Shown: positions 27,463-40,841, counted from the stretch's first letter. The stretch: 64,000 nucleotides of DNA from Stegostoma tigrinum (GCF_030684315.1 NC_081380.1:27091951-27155950), one strand, 5' to 3'. Numbers and translations: made by a program. Notes: generated from the sequence alone by a model not told the origin.

Positions 27463-27764
27463 ATCCAAATTCACTTTCCTTTTAATGTATGTTGCAAAAT
27501 ATCAGCAGATTCAACAGGGCCCGTTGTTAATGGCTGTGTCTGTCAGTTCGACAATGTCACGTTATTATTCAATTGATCAGTTTATCATATCATGATTTAA
27601 ATTCATTTGATCTCCTAACAATCAGTGGTAAAAGAATTTAATTAATTAAGAGGCACATAACAAAAAACTTTGCCTCTTTGAATGTCAAGTATTATCTGTT
27701 TTTCATGACTTTTTTACATTTAGATGACGTAATTGATAAATTTATCGTTAAAATGCTACAACAT

Positions 27765-27781
27765 TAGTGCCACCTGCTGGA
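27765..27781 (-). promoter_or_regulatory. CTCF consensus motif
   Basis: Minus strand TCCAGCAGGTGGCACTA matches the CTCF core CCASYAGRKGGCRS/CTA. Confidence 0.6.
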
Positions 27782-29109
27782 TGATCACGAGTTGGAATGG
27801 GCTTTTCTGTTTAATGATTATTTGATGGCATTTAATCTTGTGTTAATCAGATCATGTACAGTATTCTGTCTTTTGTTTCACAACCAAATTGGTTTCCATT
27901 TCTTTTCATCTTATCTTTCAGTTAATTGCTCCAATAACAATAATATTCCAACCCAGTGGAAGCAAATCATTATAGATACTAGAGATCTGAAATAAAGACA
28001 GAAAGTGCTGGAGAAATTCAGCAGGCCGGACAGCGTCTGTGGAGAGAGAATCGGGGTTTACGTTTCAAGCCCAATATTTCTTCAGATTCTATTATTCCAA
28101 AAGCTGACATTCACTGAGAAATTGTACTTTTCATACACAGTATCAAAGCTTAACTTCCCGAAATGTATAACTATAAATTATTGAGGTAAATTACTTATTT
28201 AGAAAATACATTACATGTTTCACACTAATGCAGAAAATGGAAAAAGTATACCCTGATTTCTGCTCACAGGAGAAAAACTACTCCCACAGATTGATGCAGA
28301 GATATAATAGCACAGCAATAATAATATAGACAAAACACCAATGGCAGAACAATGATCCAACTGTTGGTTGAATATTTAAAACACATCAGGAAGTTCCTGG
28401 GGACACAAATTTAGATTTTCTCACCTCGTCCATTGCATGTAATTTGTATCAGGGGAGGGAGTGAGGGTAGTGACTATGTTCCCAGTGGATTTCTCTCAAT
28501 CACACACCTGTTGCCATTACCGAGCACTGCCGGGGGAAAGTGGCATTTGGCCCCAGCAAAGTAGCCATAATGACCCTGAGGTCTCTTTAAACAGATTGGA
28601 GAGGACCATGTTGTGACCTCTCCCTTTATTTAAACTGCGATTTACCTTCTTTTGTAGTCCTTAGCTTCTGTGTTCAGAACTATTAAGCTTTCAATCTGCA
28701 GATATTTGAAACACCTCTATCTCTCTCACTGCTCAGCCACCTCCTGTTGATTTGCACAAGTACTGTAGCAATGTTGAGATTTTGAAGTGGGGTAAATAAC
28801 AGGCTTCCTTGTGATGTGAGCATGTCATTGGATACTCACTGAGCATCTTTGGCGAATGCCCACTCAGAAAGCTAGTATGTTGTTTCAATTCATGCCAGAG
28901 GTCTGAGTAGAAGTTACACCACATGTAGACTCTGGCATCAGTAGGAGAATTGTTGGCACAGTATCTGATGTTAGATAAGTGAAGAGATATCTCAAGCTCC
29001 TTTTGCCTCTTCTACGAAGTAAAAAGCAGTGAATACAAAAGTTGAAGACCCGGAGAAATTCCCTGGGTTATAAAGTCAGCTCTTCCATTGAAGATGTTTC
29101 TTCATAAAT

Positions 29110-29705
29110 AAAGTTCAAGCAGACATGTGGCTACAAAAACAGGTCAAAGGCTTGGAATTTTGTGGTGAATAACTCACCTACAGATTCAATTCCAAAGCCT
29201 GTACAGGGGGTATGATGGAATACTCTTAACTTGCCTGAGCCACTACAGCTCCAGAAACATTCGAGAAGCTTGACACCATCCAAAACAAAACAGCCTGCAT
29301 GATTGGCACGCCATTGCCAACCTAATACATTCACTTCCTCCACCGCTGACGCACATTTGCACAGTGTAGTGTGTTCTATATAGAAGATGAGCACTGCAGC
29401 AGTTCACCAAAACTTCTTTTACAGAAACTGACAAAAGCCTGCAATCTTCGCCACTGAGAAAGACAATGGTAACAGGTGAATAGAAGCACCACCTGCAAAT
29501 TCCCCTCCAATGCCACACATTATTCTGACTTAAAATATTTCATTGTTCCTTTGCTGTCAAGTATTCAAGATCCTAGAACTCCCTCCCTAAAGCATTGTGG
29601 GTGTATCTGCCTCATATGGACTGCAACAGTTCAAGAAGGCTGCTAAAGGATGAGTAGCAATGGGCAATCATCTTTGGCCCAGCTTACATTTCATGAACGA
29701 ATAAA
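29110..29705 (+). mobile_element. LINE 3' end (second family)
   Basis: Reverse complement of 24488-25030; RT C-terminal-like translation followed by an AATAAA tail. Confidence 0.6.
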
Positions 29706-30509
29706 TAAATATATATCACATTAAATGATGAGCTGTATGATTGGAAAATTACTCCTTTTGGTGATATTTCTCTTTATCTGGCTTAATAATAAAGTAAATT
29801 ATATTTTGAGCTCACCAGTGCCAAAATGTACTGCAAACATTCATTCAGTCAAACATCCTAGACAGCCCAACACAGCTTGCAACCCGGTAATGAAAATCCA
29901 ATGGCATTCCCATTGAATTGTAATTACCATCGAGCCAACACCTTAAATGGGCAATCTGTGTATTAACCATGCCACAGAGCAAACAAAAGCACTGTTGGAG
30001 GTGTCCTCGTGCCTACTACTGTCTTTTAGAATGTTTTTATCTGCCTGATTTCTAAGTAAGCAATGGGTAGATACAGAAATTGAGACGCAAACGCATTCCA
30101 CTGTCCAGCAACTAATTGAAATGCATCATACAATGATTAATAATCTGTTGAAAAAGAGATTCAAAGTATAAACCAACACACAAGTTAACTTAGTTTCCAC
30201 GCAATGAATAATTGAACAAAAAGCAAATTGATAAGATTTTGTATTTTGTATGATACAGAAAATGAATAAAGACATTTCTCTGAAAAAAAATTTCAATATA
30301 CTTGAATGGATCTGAACAATAAGAGAGCTAATTTCCTGCAAGGCAAAAACTGCTTATGGCGTAGATATGCTTGCAAATGCTGATTTACTGTATTATTTTG
30401 GAATGTAGTTGTGATTCTCATTTCTGGATCACTCTCACTATTTTATCTTCATCCCACAGACAGCAGTTTTTTTACATGAGAGCAGATTATCTCCTGCATA
30501 ATTACAATG

Positions 30510-30805
30510 TGGAGGTGCCGCTGCTGGATTGGAGTGGACAAGGTCAGAAATCACACATTACCAGGTTATAGTCCAACAGGTTTATTTGAAATCACAAGCT
30601 TTTGGAGTGCTACTCATTTGTCAAGTGAAGCAAAGAGAAGCATATAGGCACAGAATTTATAGGCAGAGAGATCAAAAGATCATACAAATGGTGTCAATGG
30701 AGTGTCGACGGGCTGAATAGGAAGTCTCTGCAAATGATCAAAAGTGTCAGCTTGTAATTTCAAATAAAGCTGTTAGACTATAACCTAGTGTCGTGTGACT
30801 TCTGG
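30510..30805. mobile_element. Probable PLE pseudo-LTR insertion (family D) with inverted end
   Basis: CAGAAATCACAC...GGTTATAGTCCAACAGGTTTATTTGAAAT is inverted at 30757-30803; degenerate hammerhead-like remnant at 30595-30625 on minus. Confidence 0.5.
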
Positions 30806-31031
30806 CTATGTAATTATATATTTTAATTAATGATGTTCAAAAACTGCCACAAGAAAAATGAAAGAAGTGCATTTGAATGCAAGTTTTTTAATAGAAAATC
30901 TGCACTCAATTTTCTGTGGCATTGCACAAGGTGCGTCAAGCCCGAATGTTGTCTTCAGCTGTTGAAAGGGAGGAATTAGATGGACTACAGCACACAGTTG
31001 AAATTTATTCCAGTTTGAAGTCAAACATTTT

Positions 31032-31350
31032 AGATCATAGAATCATATAATCCTGACAGTGTGGAAACAGGCCCTTTGGCCCAATAAGTCCACATCGACC
31101 GTCAGAGCATCTCACCTAGACCCCCTAATATACACATCCCTGTACACTACAGGCAATTTAGTATGGCTAATCTACCTAGCCTGCATATCTTTGGACTGTG
31201 GGAGGAAACTCGAGCACCCAGAGGAAACCCACGTAGACACAGGGAGAACGTGCAAACTCTGCACATACAGTTGCCCCAGGTTGGAATCAAACCCAGGTCC
31301 CCAGTACTGTGAGGCAGCAGTGGTAACCACTGAGCCACTGTGCCACCCAA
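31032..31350 (-). mobile_element. HE1-like tRNA SINE, near full length
   Basis: Minus strand GGCACAGTGGCTCAGTGGTTA (A-box), GGTTTGATTCC (B-box), V-domain and CR1-type tail. Confidence 0.85.
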
Positions 31351-31639
31351 AATCGTTTACTTAGACCAATGAGCCACCCCCTATAATGCTTATATTTCCA
31401 ATTGCAAATAGCCTATGCCTGTTATGTCATCTTGCTGAATAAGGTGAAATAAAATAGGCTCACTAATGTCCTTCAGAGATGGAAACTGCCATCCTTACTC
31501 AAGTCTGGCCTACATATGATTCTAGACCCACAGCAATGTGGCTGACTCTTAACTGCCCTTGGTGCAATTAGGCATGGGCAATATGTGCTAGTCTAGCCAG
31601 TGACGCCCTCATGCCATGAATGCATTTAAAAAAAGAAGC

Positions 31640-32190
31640 AAAGGAGATAGGAGCAGGAGGAGACCAATCAGCCTGTTGATCCTTCTCTGCCATTCAGCAT
31701 GATCATGGCTAACCTTCTAGCTCAATGCCATTTTCCCACACTGTTCCCGTATTTTGTCTTTAATATGTGCAAATATTTCGACATATGTCTTGAACGTACT
31801 CTGAGCCTTCAAATTCCTCTGGAGTTGAGAAGTCCAAAGTGAAGAAATTACTTATCATCTTAGTCTTAAACAGACTATCCCTTTTTTCTGAGATTATGCC
31901 CCCACTTCTAGAGTCCCCAGCTCCATGAAACATACTTCTTGCATCTACCTTGTAAAGCCCTGTAAAAATATTGTATGTTACAATGACAAATAATATCACC
32001 TCTCAGTCTTCTAAACTGTAAGGAATAAAGGCTCAGTCTCCTCATAGGAAAATCCTGCCATCCTAAGAATCAGTTTAGTGCAATCTGTCCATGGTAAGCA
32101 TAACACTCTTAAGGCTGCAAGACCAAAATTGTACTCTTTAAGTGTGTTCTCATGAAGGCTGTGCACAACTTCAGCTAGACACCTTTACTC
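31640..32190 (-). mobile_element. CR1 LINE 3' end, degraded
   Basis: ATAGGAGCAGG...GCCATTCAGCATGATCATGGCT tail; minus translation GLYKVDARSMF. Confidence 0.65.
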
Positions 32191-32912
32191 CTCTGATGCT
32201 GCCTCTATAGGAGGTCTTTAATAGGTCTTCATCTTTACTAAATGAAAAGATTAATTAGGCAGTTTCCATGATAATTGGACCAGTTGACAGGAATTGATGC
32301 AGATGTCAGATTTTTAATACATTGACAGAAAGAAACCCTGTTTAAATTGTATATCCTTGATGTTACTTAAACTCTGCACATTGCAGGTTACTTAATCAAA
32401 TTTCAATACTTTGAACATTCAAAAACAATTACAAATTGTCTTGTTATACTGTCAATTACTTAAATATTCTTACGTCTAAATTTGATGATCCAAGTAATGC
32501 AATGGGATTAATGATTTGAATGCAACTCATGTAATTTAACCTTCTTTAACAATTTTTCTAATTATTCACACCATAGAATATAACAGTGCAGGCTTCTGCA
32601 AGTCTTTGCTAATAGATATATGAATGCACCTAATAGATGTGGTAGAATTTTCAGGTTGTGTGTGATAAATATTTCAGAGCATATGAAGAGAATGTAATGT
32701 AACTGGAAAAATACATGGGCTCTTGTGGAGCAGTGATAGTGTTCATTTGTCTGAGCCAGAAGGCCCCAGTCAAATCCCATATGCTCCAGGGGTATATCCT
32801 AACACAGTGATAAAATACGATAATACAAGCTATTACATATAAAAACATTTATCACTGGAGGGGTGACCCAGTCAATCAGCAAGTCAGAATGAAGACTACA
32901 CACAGAGAGCGG

Positions 32913-32937
32913 ACTACAATTCCCATAGGACTTTGCG
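32913..32937 (+). promoter_or_regulatory. ZNF143/THAP11 (SBS) motif in the RPL23A promoter
   Basis: ACTACAATTCCCA...TTTGCG, about 110 bp upstream of the TOP tract. Confidence 0.75.
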
Positions 32938-32968
32938 CGGAGGTGCATTCTGGGGCGAGGTGTGGAAC

Positions 32969-32978
32969 TCTCGCGAGA
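32969..32978. promoter_or_regulatory. TCTCGCGAGA palindrome (BANP/CGCG element)
   Basis: Exact 10-mer, known from housekeeping and ribosomal-protein CpG promoters. Confidence 0.8.
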
Positions 32979-33024
32979 TCTCTCTGAACTCCCTGTTCTT
33001 TAGGCCGGGAGGCCCCGTAGACAA

Positions 33025-33044
33025 CCTCTTTTTCTAAGATGGCT
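33025..33044 (+). promoter_or_regulatory. TCT/5'TOP initiator with overlapping YY1 site
   Basis: CCTCTTTTTCT followed directly by AAGATGGC, which contains the start codon. Confidence 0.85.
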
Positions 33045-33063
33045 CCGAAGGTGAAGAAGGAAG
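33039..33063 (+). CDS. RPL23A: 60S ribosomal protein L23a (uL23), exon 1
   Basis: MAPKVKKE plus 1 nt (25 nt); donor gtgaga. Confidence 0.96.
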
Positions 33064-33919
33064 GTGAGAGGCTCCGGGCCTGGTGCTGGAGTTGTTGTTT
33101 CAAACACCGACAAACAGGCTGTTGGCAGTCTCTCCGGCAAGAAGGAGACTCGGCTCTTCCTCATAGGAAGCTAATTGCTCCGTATCAATTCTAAATCGCC
33201 GAGATACTCACCTTCGGTCGGATCGGCCGCCCGCCAACGTGGTGGCTGCAGGGCCTGAGGCCTGGGGTTTCAGGCTGGCGAGGGGGTGTTTGACAGCACC
33301 GAGTCTGGGTGCTGGCGGTTTAACCTGCACCAGGAGTGAAAAATGTCATGGGGATCCCGGCCTGGACTGTTCCAGGGCTCGGTCCCTCATGTGGAAATGG
33401 ATCCAGCAGTTCAAAAGCTCTGATAGCAATATGGTTTTGATTTGGCTTGGATTGGCCGATGCTGGTGTTTCTATGCCAAGTGCTATTCCTGTGCCGTTTA
33501 GAAGCCTCTAGTTGGTGAACTGTAAATGTATTAATCGTTAAAATCGGGTCTACGAGTGTCCGGAGTACATTAGTGCATTGCAGCACTATCATATGTGTTT
33601 TAATAGCCAATTGAAAGCAAATTTCTGCTCATTTTGAAGTTAGCGTGTTTTATAAAATGTATAAAGGTTAATGGGATCTGCAGGAGGACATCTCGCCCAT
33701 CCCCAAGATTCATTCACCAAGATCATACTTGATCTTCTGCCTCAAAAGACTTTCCCACCAAATGTCTCATTTGGGTCTGCCTAGCTCAGTTGGCTCAACT
33801 GCTGTTTTGCGATGTAGAGTACTGTTAATATTCACGGTTCAAATCCAGCAGTACCTGAGGTTATCCTGAAGGACTTCTTTTCAACCTCTTCCCTCACGGC
33901 CCATCTATTCGTTAATCCA

Positions 33920-34138
33920 AGATAATAAAGTGTGGAGCTGGATGAACACAGCAGGCCAAGCAGCATCTTAGGAGCACAAAAGCTGATGTTTCGGCCCTAG
34001 ACCCTTCATGCTCCAATGGAGGGTCTAGGCCTGAAACGTCAGCTTTTGTGCTCCTGAGATGCTGCTTGGCCTGCTGTGTTCATCTAGCTCCACACTTCGT
34101 TATCTTGGATTCTCCAGCATCTACAGATCCCATTATCA
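33920..34138. mobile_element. Fold-back PLE pseudo-LTR mini-insertion (family C)
   Basis: About 90-bp inverted arms; 15-bp target duplication CTATTC(G/T)TTAATCCA at 33905-33919 and 34139-34153. The CUGAUGA box is disrupted on both arms. Confidence 0.85.
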
Positions 34139-34669
34139 CTATTCTTTAATCCAGCTGGATTGTTTAGCTCAGTTGGATAGAAAGCAGGGTCATGCAAACA
34201 GTGTGGATTTAATCACCACACTGGAAGAGATTACCATGAAGGATTCTCCTTCTCAACCTTTTTCTTTACCTGAGGTATGGGGACCCTTGGGTTAAACCAG
34301 TTGTGTGTATCTTTTCTCTCTCTAGTGAGAGCAGCCCTATGGACCGAAAGGACGATGGCAACTTTGTTTCTCTTACCTGTGGCCTAACAACTCTACTCGT
34401 TATAAATCCAGTGATTTGTCTTGAAAACACAAAAGATTCTGTTCCCTCTGCATGAAAATACCCTCCTAACCTCTGCCTTAAATGGTATTCTCTTTATCCT
34501 GAGAAACAGTCCCCTCCCTAACTGCCCTGTTGAGCCCTGTAATAATAATCTAAAATTGCTAAGATTTTAAAAATCAAGCTGTGTATAACAGTTATTAAAA
34601 ATGATGTTTAATGTTCTTGCTGGAAATAAGATGGGGCAGGTATAATAAAAGACTCTTTATCATCTTTAG

Positions 34670-34850
34670 CTGTCCCTGCCAAAACGGAGGCTAAATCCAA
34701 GGCCTTGAAAGCAAAGAAGGCCATTTTGAAGGGAGTTCATAGTCACAGGCAGAAGAAAATTAGGACAACACCTACCTTCAGGAGACCAAAGACACTCAGA
34801 CTGAGAAGGCAACCCAAGTATCCCAGAAAGAGTGCACCCAGGAGGAACAA
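34670..34850 (+). CDS. RPL23A: RPL23A exon 2
   Basis: tttag| (A)[59 protein letters not shown] |gtatgt; 181 nt. Confidence 0.97.
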
Positions 34851-35302
34851 GTATGTCTTCAAACCATTCATTTTTTTTTCAATCAGCTTTACTTCGCTTA
34901 ATTGCCATGAGGGCTTGTATTTGAAATTCTCATCTTTTCTAGAAAGGAGAGTAAACTTGGCATTTCTTTTCCTGGAGAAAAGCAAAGCACTACTGATGCT
35001 GAAAGTGTCAGGTTAACATTTCAGATTAATGACCTTGCACCAGAACTGGTAAAAAGAGAAATATTGATTTCAAGGAAGGCTAAGATACTTTATGCCAAAG
35101 TATGAGACCCTCAGCAGCCATATGTTGAGTTGAATTGACTCTTCACTGTGTGTTGGTCTGTGGCTTTTCCATTGCTGGCAGTGGAGGTTTTCACTGGTCC
35201 GCAACCTGTAGATACTGATCAATTTTGTTAGTCCAGTTAGTGTTCCCTAATCCAGTATAGATGCTGGGTTGAGAGTTCTTTGTGTGTACTAAATATTCAA
35301 AG

Positions 35303-36710
35303 CAGTAGAGTCATAGGGTAATACAGCATGGAAACAGGCCCTTCGGCCCAAACTGGTCCATGGTGCCTACTTAGTTCCAATTGCGTGCATTTGGTCCATA
35401 ATCCCTGTTAAACCCTTCCCATCCATGTAGCTATCCAAATGTTTTTTAAATGTTAATATTGTACCTGCCTGAACCACTTTCTCTGGCAGCATCCACCACC
35501 ACTCTCTGCATGAAGAAGTTGCCCCTCAGGTCCTCCCTAAACTTACTACTATTCGTAACATTCTTGGAAATTTTCACACACTTTCCAGTTTAACTATGTC
35601 TTTCCCAAATCAGGATGACCAGATCGGACACAATACTCCAAGTGTAGTCTCACCGACAACTTATGCAACTGTAACGTAACGTCCCAACTTCTATACTCGG
35701 TACCTCGACCAGCGAAGACCAGCATGCTAAATGCCTTCTTCACACCCTGTCCACCTTTGACACTGCAGTCGCTGAATAATGTACTCGTCCTCCTCAGTCC
35801 CTGTGTTCCACAACACTCCTCAAAAACTTGCCATTTACCATGTAAGACCTACCTTGGTTTGATTTTCCAAAATGCTACACGTCACACTTATCTGTATTGA
35901 ATTGCATTTGCTAATCCTCAACCTACTTCCCCATCTGATCAAGACTCCTCTATAATTTTTGATAACCTTCCTCACTATCAGCAATACCTCCTAATGTTTT
36001 ATCACCTGGAGACTTGCTAATCATGCCTGGTACGTTCACATCCAGATCATTTATGTAAATAACAAACAACAATGCCTCAGCACCGACCCCTGTGGCACTC
36101 CACTAGTCACAGATCACCAATCCGAGAAACAACCTTCTACCCTTGAGCCACTTTTGAATCCATTTAGCTAGCACTCCCTGAGTCCCATGCAACCTAACCT
36201 GACTAGTTTTTACATGTGGGACCTTGTCAAAGGCCTTGCTAAAGTCCATATAGATAACATCCACTGCCCTGTTCTCATCTATCCTCTTGGCTATCTCTTC
36301 AAAAAAACTTTAAAAGATTTGTCAGGCATCACTTCCCACGCATGAATCCATGCTGATTACCCCTAACAAGACCTTAACTATTCAATGTTGGTTGATCCTG
36401 TCCCTTAGTGGCAGAAGGGTTATTGGAGAGGATACTGATGTCAGACTTGCTAGCCTGTAGATCACTGGCTTGCCTTTGCTATCTTAAAACAATGGAGCAA
36501 TATTAGCCACCCTCCAGTCTTCCAGAACTACTTCAGTGGCTAAAGATGAAGCAAAAATCTCTGCAAGGGCCTCTGAATTTCTTCCTTAGCTTCCCACAAT
36601 GTCAGAGGATGGACTTGATCAGGCCCAGGGTCTTATCCACCTGAATGCAAACATCTCCTCTGGTAAAATGTATGCAGTCCAAAATATCCCTGCTTGTTTC
36701 CCTTATTTCC
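35303..36710 (-). mobile_element. CR1/HER1 LINE, 5'-truncated, in RPL23A intron 2
   Basis: 3' tail at 35303-35400; RT motifs on the minus strand (DFSKAFDKVPH near 36215-36250). Confidence 0.85.
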
Positions 36711-36973
36711 AGTAGAATACAGTTAAACTCAGTTCGTCCATTGATTCACTAGGGAGTGGACTGGTCTTGCACTTTAAGCTTTGGAATAGGAAGGTGTTGG
36801 TGGTTTTAACCTTCTCTTTTCCACATTTAAACACCTTGCTTTATACCTTCCCATTTCTACTTGTACATTAGATGTAAATGTTTTTTGACTGTTAGGGAAG
36901 ACAATAGCTTGAGCAAAAAGAGAAACAAAAAAATGGGTTTCTGTTTATACATAAGAATTTTCAGGAACATAGC

Positions 36974-37045
36974 GGTGCAGATGATGTCTTTTAGCGATCA
37001 AAGCATGAGAATTTATGATTATCACAATTTTTGTACTGATGCACC
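36974..37045 (+). ncRNA. SNORD4: C/D snoRNA SNORD4 (Z17/mgh18S-121)
   Basis: Terminal stem GGTGCA/TGCACC, box C ATGATG (36981), guide AGCGATCAAAG (36993-37003), D' ATGA, box D CTGA (37036-37039). RPL23A is the known host gene. Confidence 0.92.
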
Positions 37046-37114
37046 TTTACTCTGCAGATACAGGCAGTACAGTTTTTTTGTGTTGATAATTTGTAGTACT
37101 TTTTGAAATGTTGA

Positions 37115-37375
<261 letters not shown>

Positions 37376-38948
37376 TGAGCAAAAGAATATCAAATGTGAA
37401 TGCTGAATGTTTAAGCACTGATCTTTGTTGTAAAAAGTGAAATGTATCAGAATATATCTCAAATTTGAAGACCTGTGTATTGAATTTGGAAGTTGGCTTT
37501 AGATTGGATTCCTGAATTGTGTAAGTTGGTGAATGCTTGTCTGACTGTTTGTTTGTTTGTTTGTTTTTGCAGCATTTACACGAGGATTTCAGTAAAATTG
37601 GCTGGTGACTTTATTTTCAACTGCACTATTTGGAGAATAGCTTAGGCTGTAATGTTTAGCATTCATCAGCTTGGGGTCAATGCAATAGTTAGTGTCCCAA
37701 AAAAATGTTTTATTGCATTAAGTATCCTCCTAGTTTGCAGTAAAATACCTGGTTGTGGATTGTTCTGTTGGTTAGAGAAGTCACTGACCACCAGGACTGA
37801 TATTACAAGTTCTCTGAAGTAGTTTAAGTGGACCTTTTGACTGTTAGGAAGTTTATACAACCATTTTGCAGACTCCAACCCAAAAAGTAAGATTGGAGAA
37901 CATGCCTAAAGGTATGTGTGAGGTTCAAAAAGTCGTGTTTTGTGTTATATGCATATTTGATCAGATTTAATCTCAATCTTGCTACTTACAGATGTATATC
38001 CCAATATTACCATACTGTGGAGGCTACGTATAAATTGTGTAAAGTTTTTCTTGGTGCTAAATTTGATGGATAGTTCACTCTTTAAACATTGTAAAAACTG
38101 ACGACTTGTACTGTACAAATGACAGCAAACTCTAGGAGGCATACCACCTAGTTTAAACTCTATATGGTCTCATAGATAGCAAAAGTTCATTTTGTAACTA
38201 GTGGTAAAGCTTATGGCATCTATGGCTTATGATGAAGATTGCTTCTATTGATCTCTGGTATGGATTTCCCCTTTGCATGATTTTGAATATGCCTTCAAGT
38301 TGATGAGATCACTAGATGTCCAATAGGTTATCAAGCTTGTTTCAGCTAATTTCAGTAAAATATTCTCAGCCATCAAAATAGGAAGTAAAATGCACCGAAT
38401 CTACTTACTGTAGATGTTCATGTAGAATAGCAATTGGGGCATAATCATGTCGACATGTAATTTTTAATTATAAAAACCCCATTGGTTAATATAACAAGAT
38501 ATCTCAATATGTGGAGTAGATTTTTCTAAATATGCCAGAAATTGATAATCTAATAACGGTATCACCAAAGGGGAAATTATTCAGTCTTGTCTTTTCTAAA
38601 AGATTGTCCTCTGTGGAGATTACATTTTAGTTATGGTGGCTGAGTTGTAAATATAGACCTGAACATGGGAGAACTCTGCTCTCACCCGAAGAATGAGTTG
38701 CTGTTGCAGCTTGCTATTGGATTTGGGATATTGCAGTCTTTGAACAGGAGTTTGAAACTCTTAACTGGTAGTATGTGGTCTGCAGAACTTTAACCTAGGG
38801 CTCAGAATTAAAGACACAGGATGATTCTTGCTGATATTTGAACAGTGATACAGAGCCTAGGATTGGTGATCTGAAATAGACTGAAGAACTTGAGTCTTTA
38901 TGCAGACCTGACTTGTGATTCGTTAGAACCATAAAATTGTATAAAACT

Positions 38949-39026
38949 CATTGTGTACAATGATGGAAACTGTTTCACCTGATCAATGTGAAGAATTTGA
39001 TTCAAAGGAACCACTGATGCACAATG
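38949..39026 (+). ncRNA. SNORD42: C/D snoRNA SNORD42 (U42)
   Basis: 9-bp terminal stem CATTGTGTA/TGCACAATG, box C ATGATG (38960), guide CAAAGGAACCA next to box D CTGA (39014-39017), complementary to 18S TGGTTCCTTTG. About 80 nt upstream of the acceptor. Confidence 0.93.
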
Positions 39027-39098
39027 ATAAACTTTGGGTATGCTTTGGTCCCCTTTGGTTTTTTTGTCTCTGGTTTCTAACAATTGGTCTCTTCTCAG

Positions 39099-39168
39099 GC
39101 CTGATGGTGAAAAGAAAGCATATGTACGACTGGCCCCAGACTATGATGCATTGGATGTTGCTAATAAG
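39099..39168 (+). CDS. RPL23A: RPL23A exon 4
   Basis: ctcag| (R)[23 protein letters not shown] |gtaatg; 70 nt. Confidence 0.97.
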
Positions 39169-39661
39169 GTAATGGTTTGAATGTTTACAGAGTTTGTTGT
39201 GCTCTCTCTCACTTGTGTACCTGAAGATAGCAAGCTGCAACAGCAACTCATTCTACACTGCCTTTTAAATACTTTATAGCATAGCCTCCACACTTTGGGT
39301 AAAATAATTTACAGGCATTCAGCCTCCCAGAGAAGAAACACTCTTGCCTCTGATTTAAGTTCTCAGTTCACAAATTTGCCATAGTTAAATCATTAATTAA
39401 AAATCCACTGATACTTTTTCTTCAATTTAGTGTATTAAATGCCCAAAAAAAGTCTTGTAAAACATTTGTGCTTTATGTGCCATTTCTGCTATATATCCTA
39501 TCCCTGCAGTACAAATAGAGGCCATTTGGTCTGTCAAGTTGGCATAGATCCTCTGAAGAGCATCGTGCCAAGACCCAGCATATCCATCCTATCCTGTAAC
39601 CCCACATTAACATGGCTAATCCACATAGCCGGTGTAACCCTGGACATAATGGGGCATTTAA

Positions 39662-39998
39662 AGTTTGAGAAGTTTTTGTAGCTCAGGTTGTGGATGAGGT
39701 TTAGACTTGCTCGCTGAGCCGGTGTGGTTGATTGTAGACATTTTGTCACCTTGCTAGGTAAAATCATCAGTGTGTCTCCAGTGAAGCGTTGGTGTTCTGT
39801 CCTGCTTGTTATTTATATGTTTCTGTTTGCCCTTGTAAAACAGAACCAGACGTGATATCAACCACCCCAGCAAACCGAGACATATAAATAACAAGCGGAC
39901 AGAACACCAATACTTCACCAGAGGTGCACTGATTATGTTACCTAGCAGGGTGATGAAATGTCTGCAGTCAATCACACCAGCTTGGCGAGCAACTCTAC
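39662..39998. mobile_element. Fold-back PLE pseudo-LTR (family A) nested in a SINE
   Basis: Related to 2677-2883; inverted arms about 39705-39825 and 39878-39995. Both hammerhead cores are mutated. Confidence 0.75.
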
Positions 39999-40826
39999 TG
40001 CCTCATTATAGGGCAATTTAGCATGGACGTTCTGCCTAACCTGCACATCTTTGAACTAGCATTAAAAGAGCAGCCATGAGTTTCTTCCTAGTTCTTCAGA
40101 AATACAACTTGCCCCACTGCCTCCAGTGTCCTCTGTCAATCCTTGTCTCTGGGTTTTCAGATTCAATTATCAACAAACCACACTTGAGTGAATCTATTCC
40201 ATAATTCTTTCAAAATTCTATTCCTTTTTGAATAAAGTTTATGCCTCCTCCTTTCCTACAGAGAAACTTGAATTATAGAATGTGGAAGGTGGTCATTCAG
40301 CCCATCAAATCTGTGCCTACCCCCTCCCTTAACCCTGTATTTACTGTGGTCAATCCACCTAACCTGCACATCTTTGGTCCGTGGGAGGAAATTGGAGTGC
40401 GCAGACACAGAACGTGTAAACTTTGTTCGTGTCTGCTGGCAGCACCTTCTGTTCTGATGGATTCTGCAGAGTGCCACCTGACGTCTCAATGGGTTTCTGT
40501 TTGTATGCTTCTATGATGGTTTATAATCACATAACACTTTTTTTACTGAGGTGATGCCATTGTCACGTCTTGTTTACTTAAAACTAACGGGTGTTTATAA
40601 TGTTCATGTCAAAAAGTTCTCGAGTGATTTTGCTGCTTGTACAAAAGTGCAGTGCTTTGAAATAGCACCTGATGATACATGCGAGAGATTTGGTTTATAC
40701 CCTTGCCCAGTACTGGAATAGTACTGTTTGTTTTGGAATGGCTATTGTAAAATGCATTTATGCTGCATAATCCAACCTGGATAAACATCTGCTCACTAAT
40801 CAGTTTTTTTTGTTTTTGTTTTTCAG

Positions 40827-40841
40827 ATTGGTATCATCTAA
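40827..40841 (+). CDS. RPL23A: RPL23A exon 5 (IGII-stop)
   Basis: Long poly-T acceptor tttcag| ATT GGT ATC ATC TAA. Total CDS 468 nt = 155 aa. Confidence 0.96.
   Translation: MGII

Noticed and set aside
38229-38235. Perfect box C sequence ATGATGA in RPL23A intron 3
   Set aside because: No box D or terminal stem at a suitable distance.
38821-38874. C/D-like arrangement ATGATT..CTGA..GTGATA..CTGA upstream of SNORD42
   Set aside because: Box C is imperfect, there is no terminal stem or recognisable rRNA guide, and the intron already hosts SNORD42.
40513-40549. ATGATG...CTGA in RPL23A intron 4 as a possible SNORD4B
   Set aside because: Too short and no 18S guide sequence.
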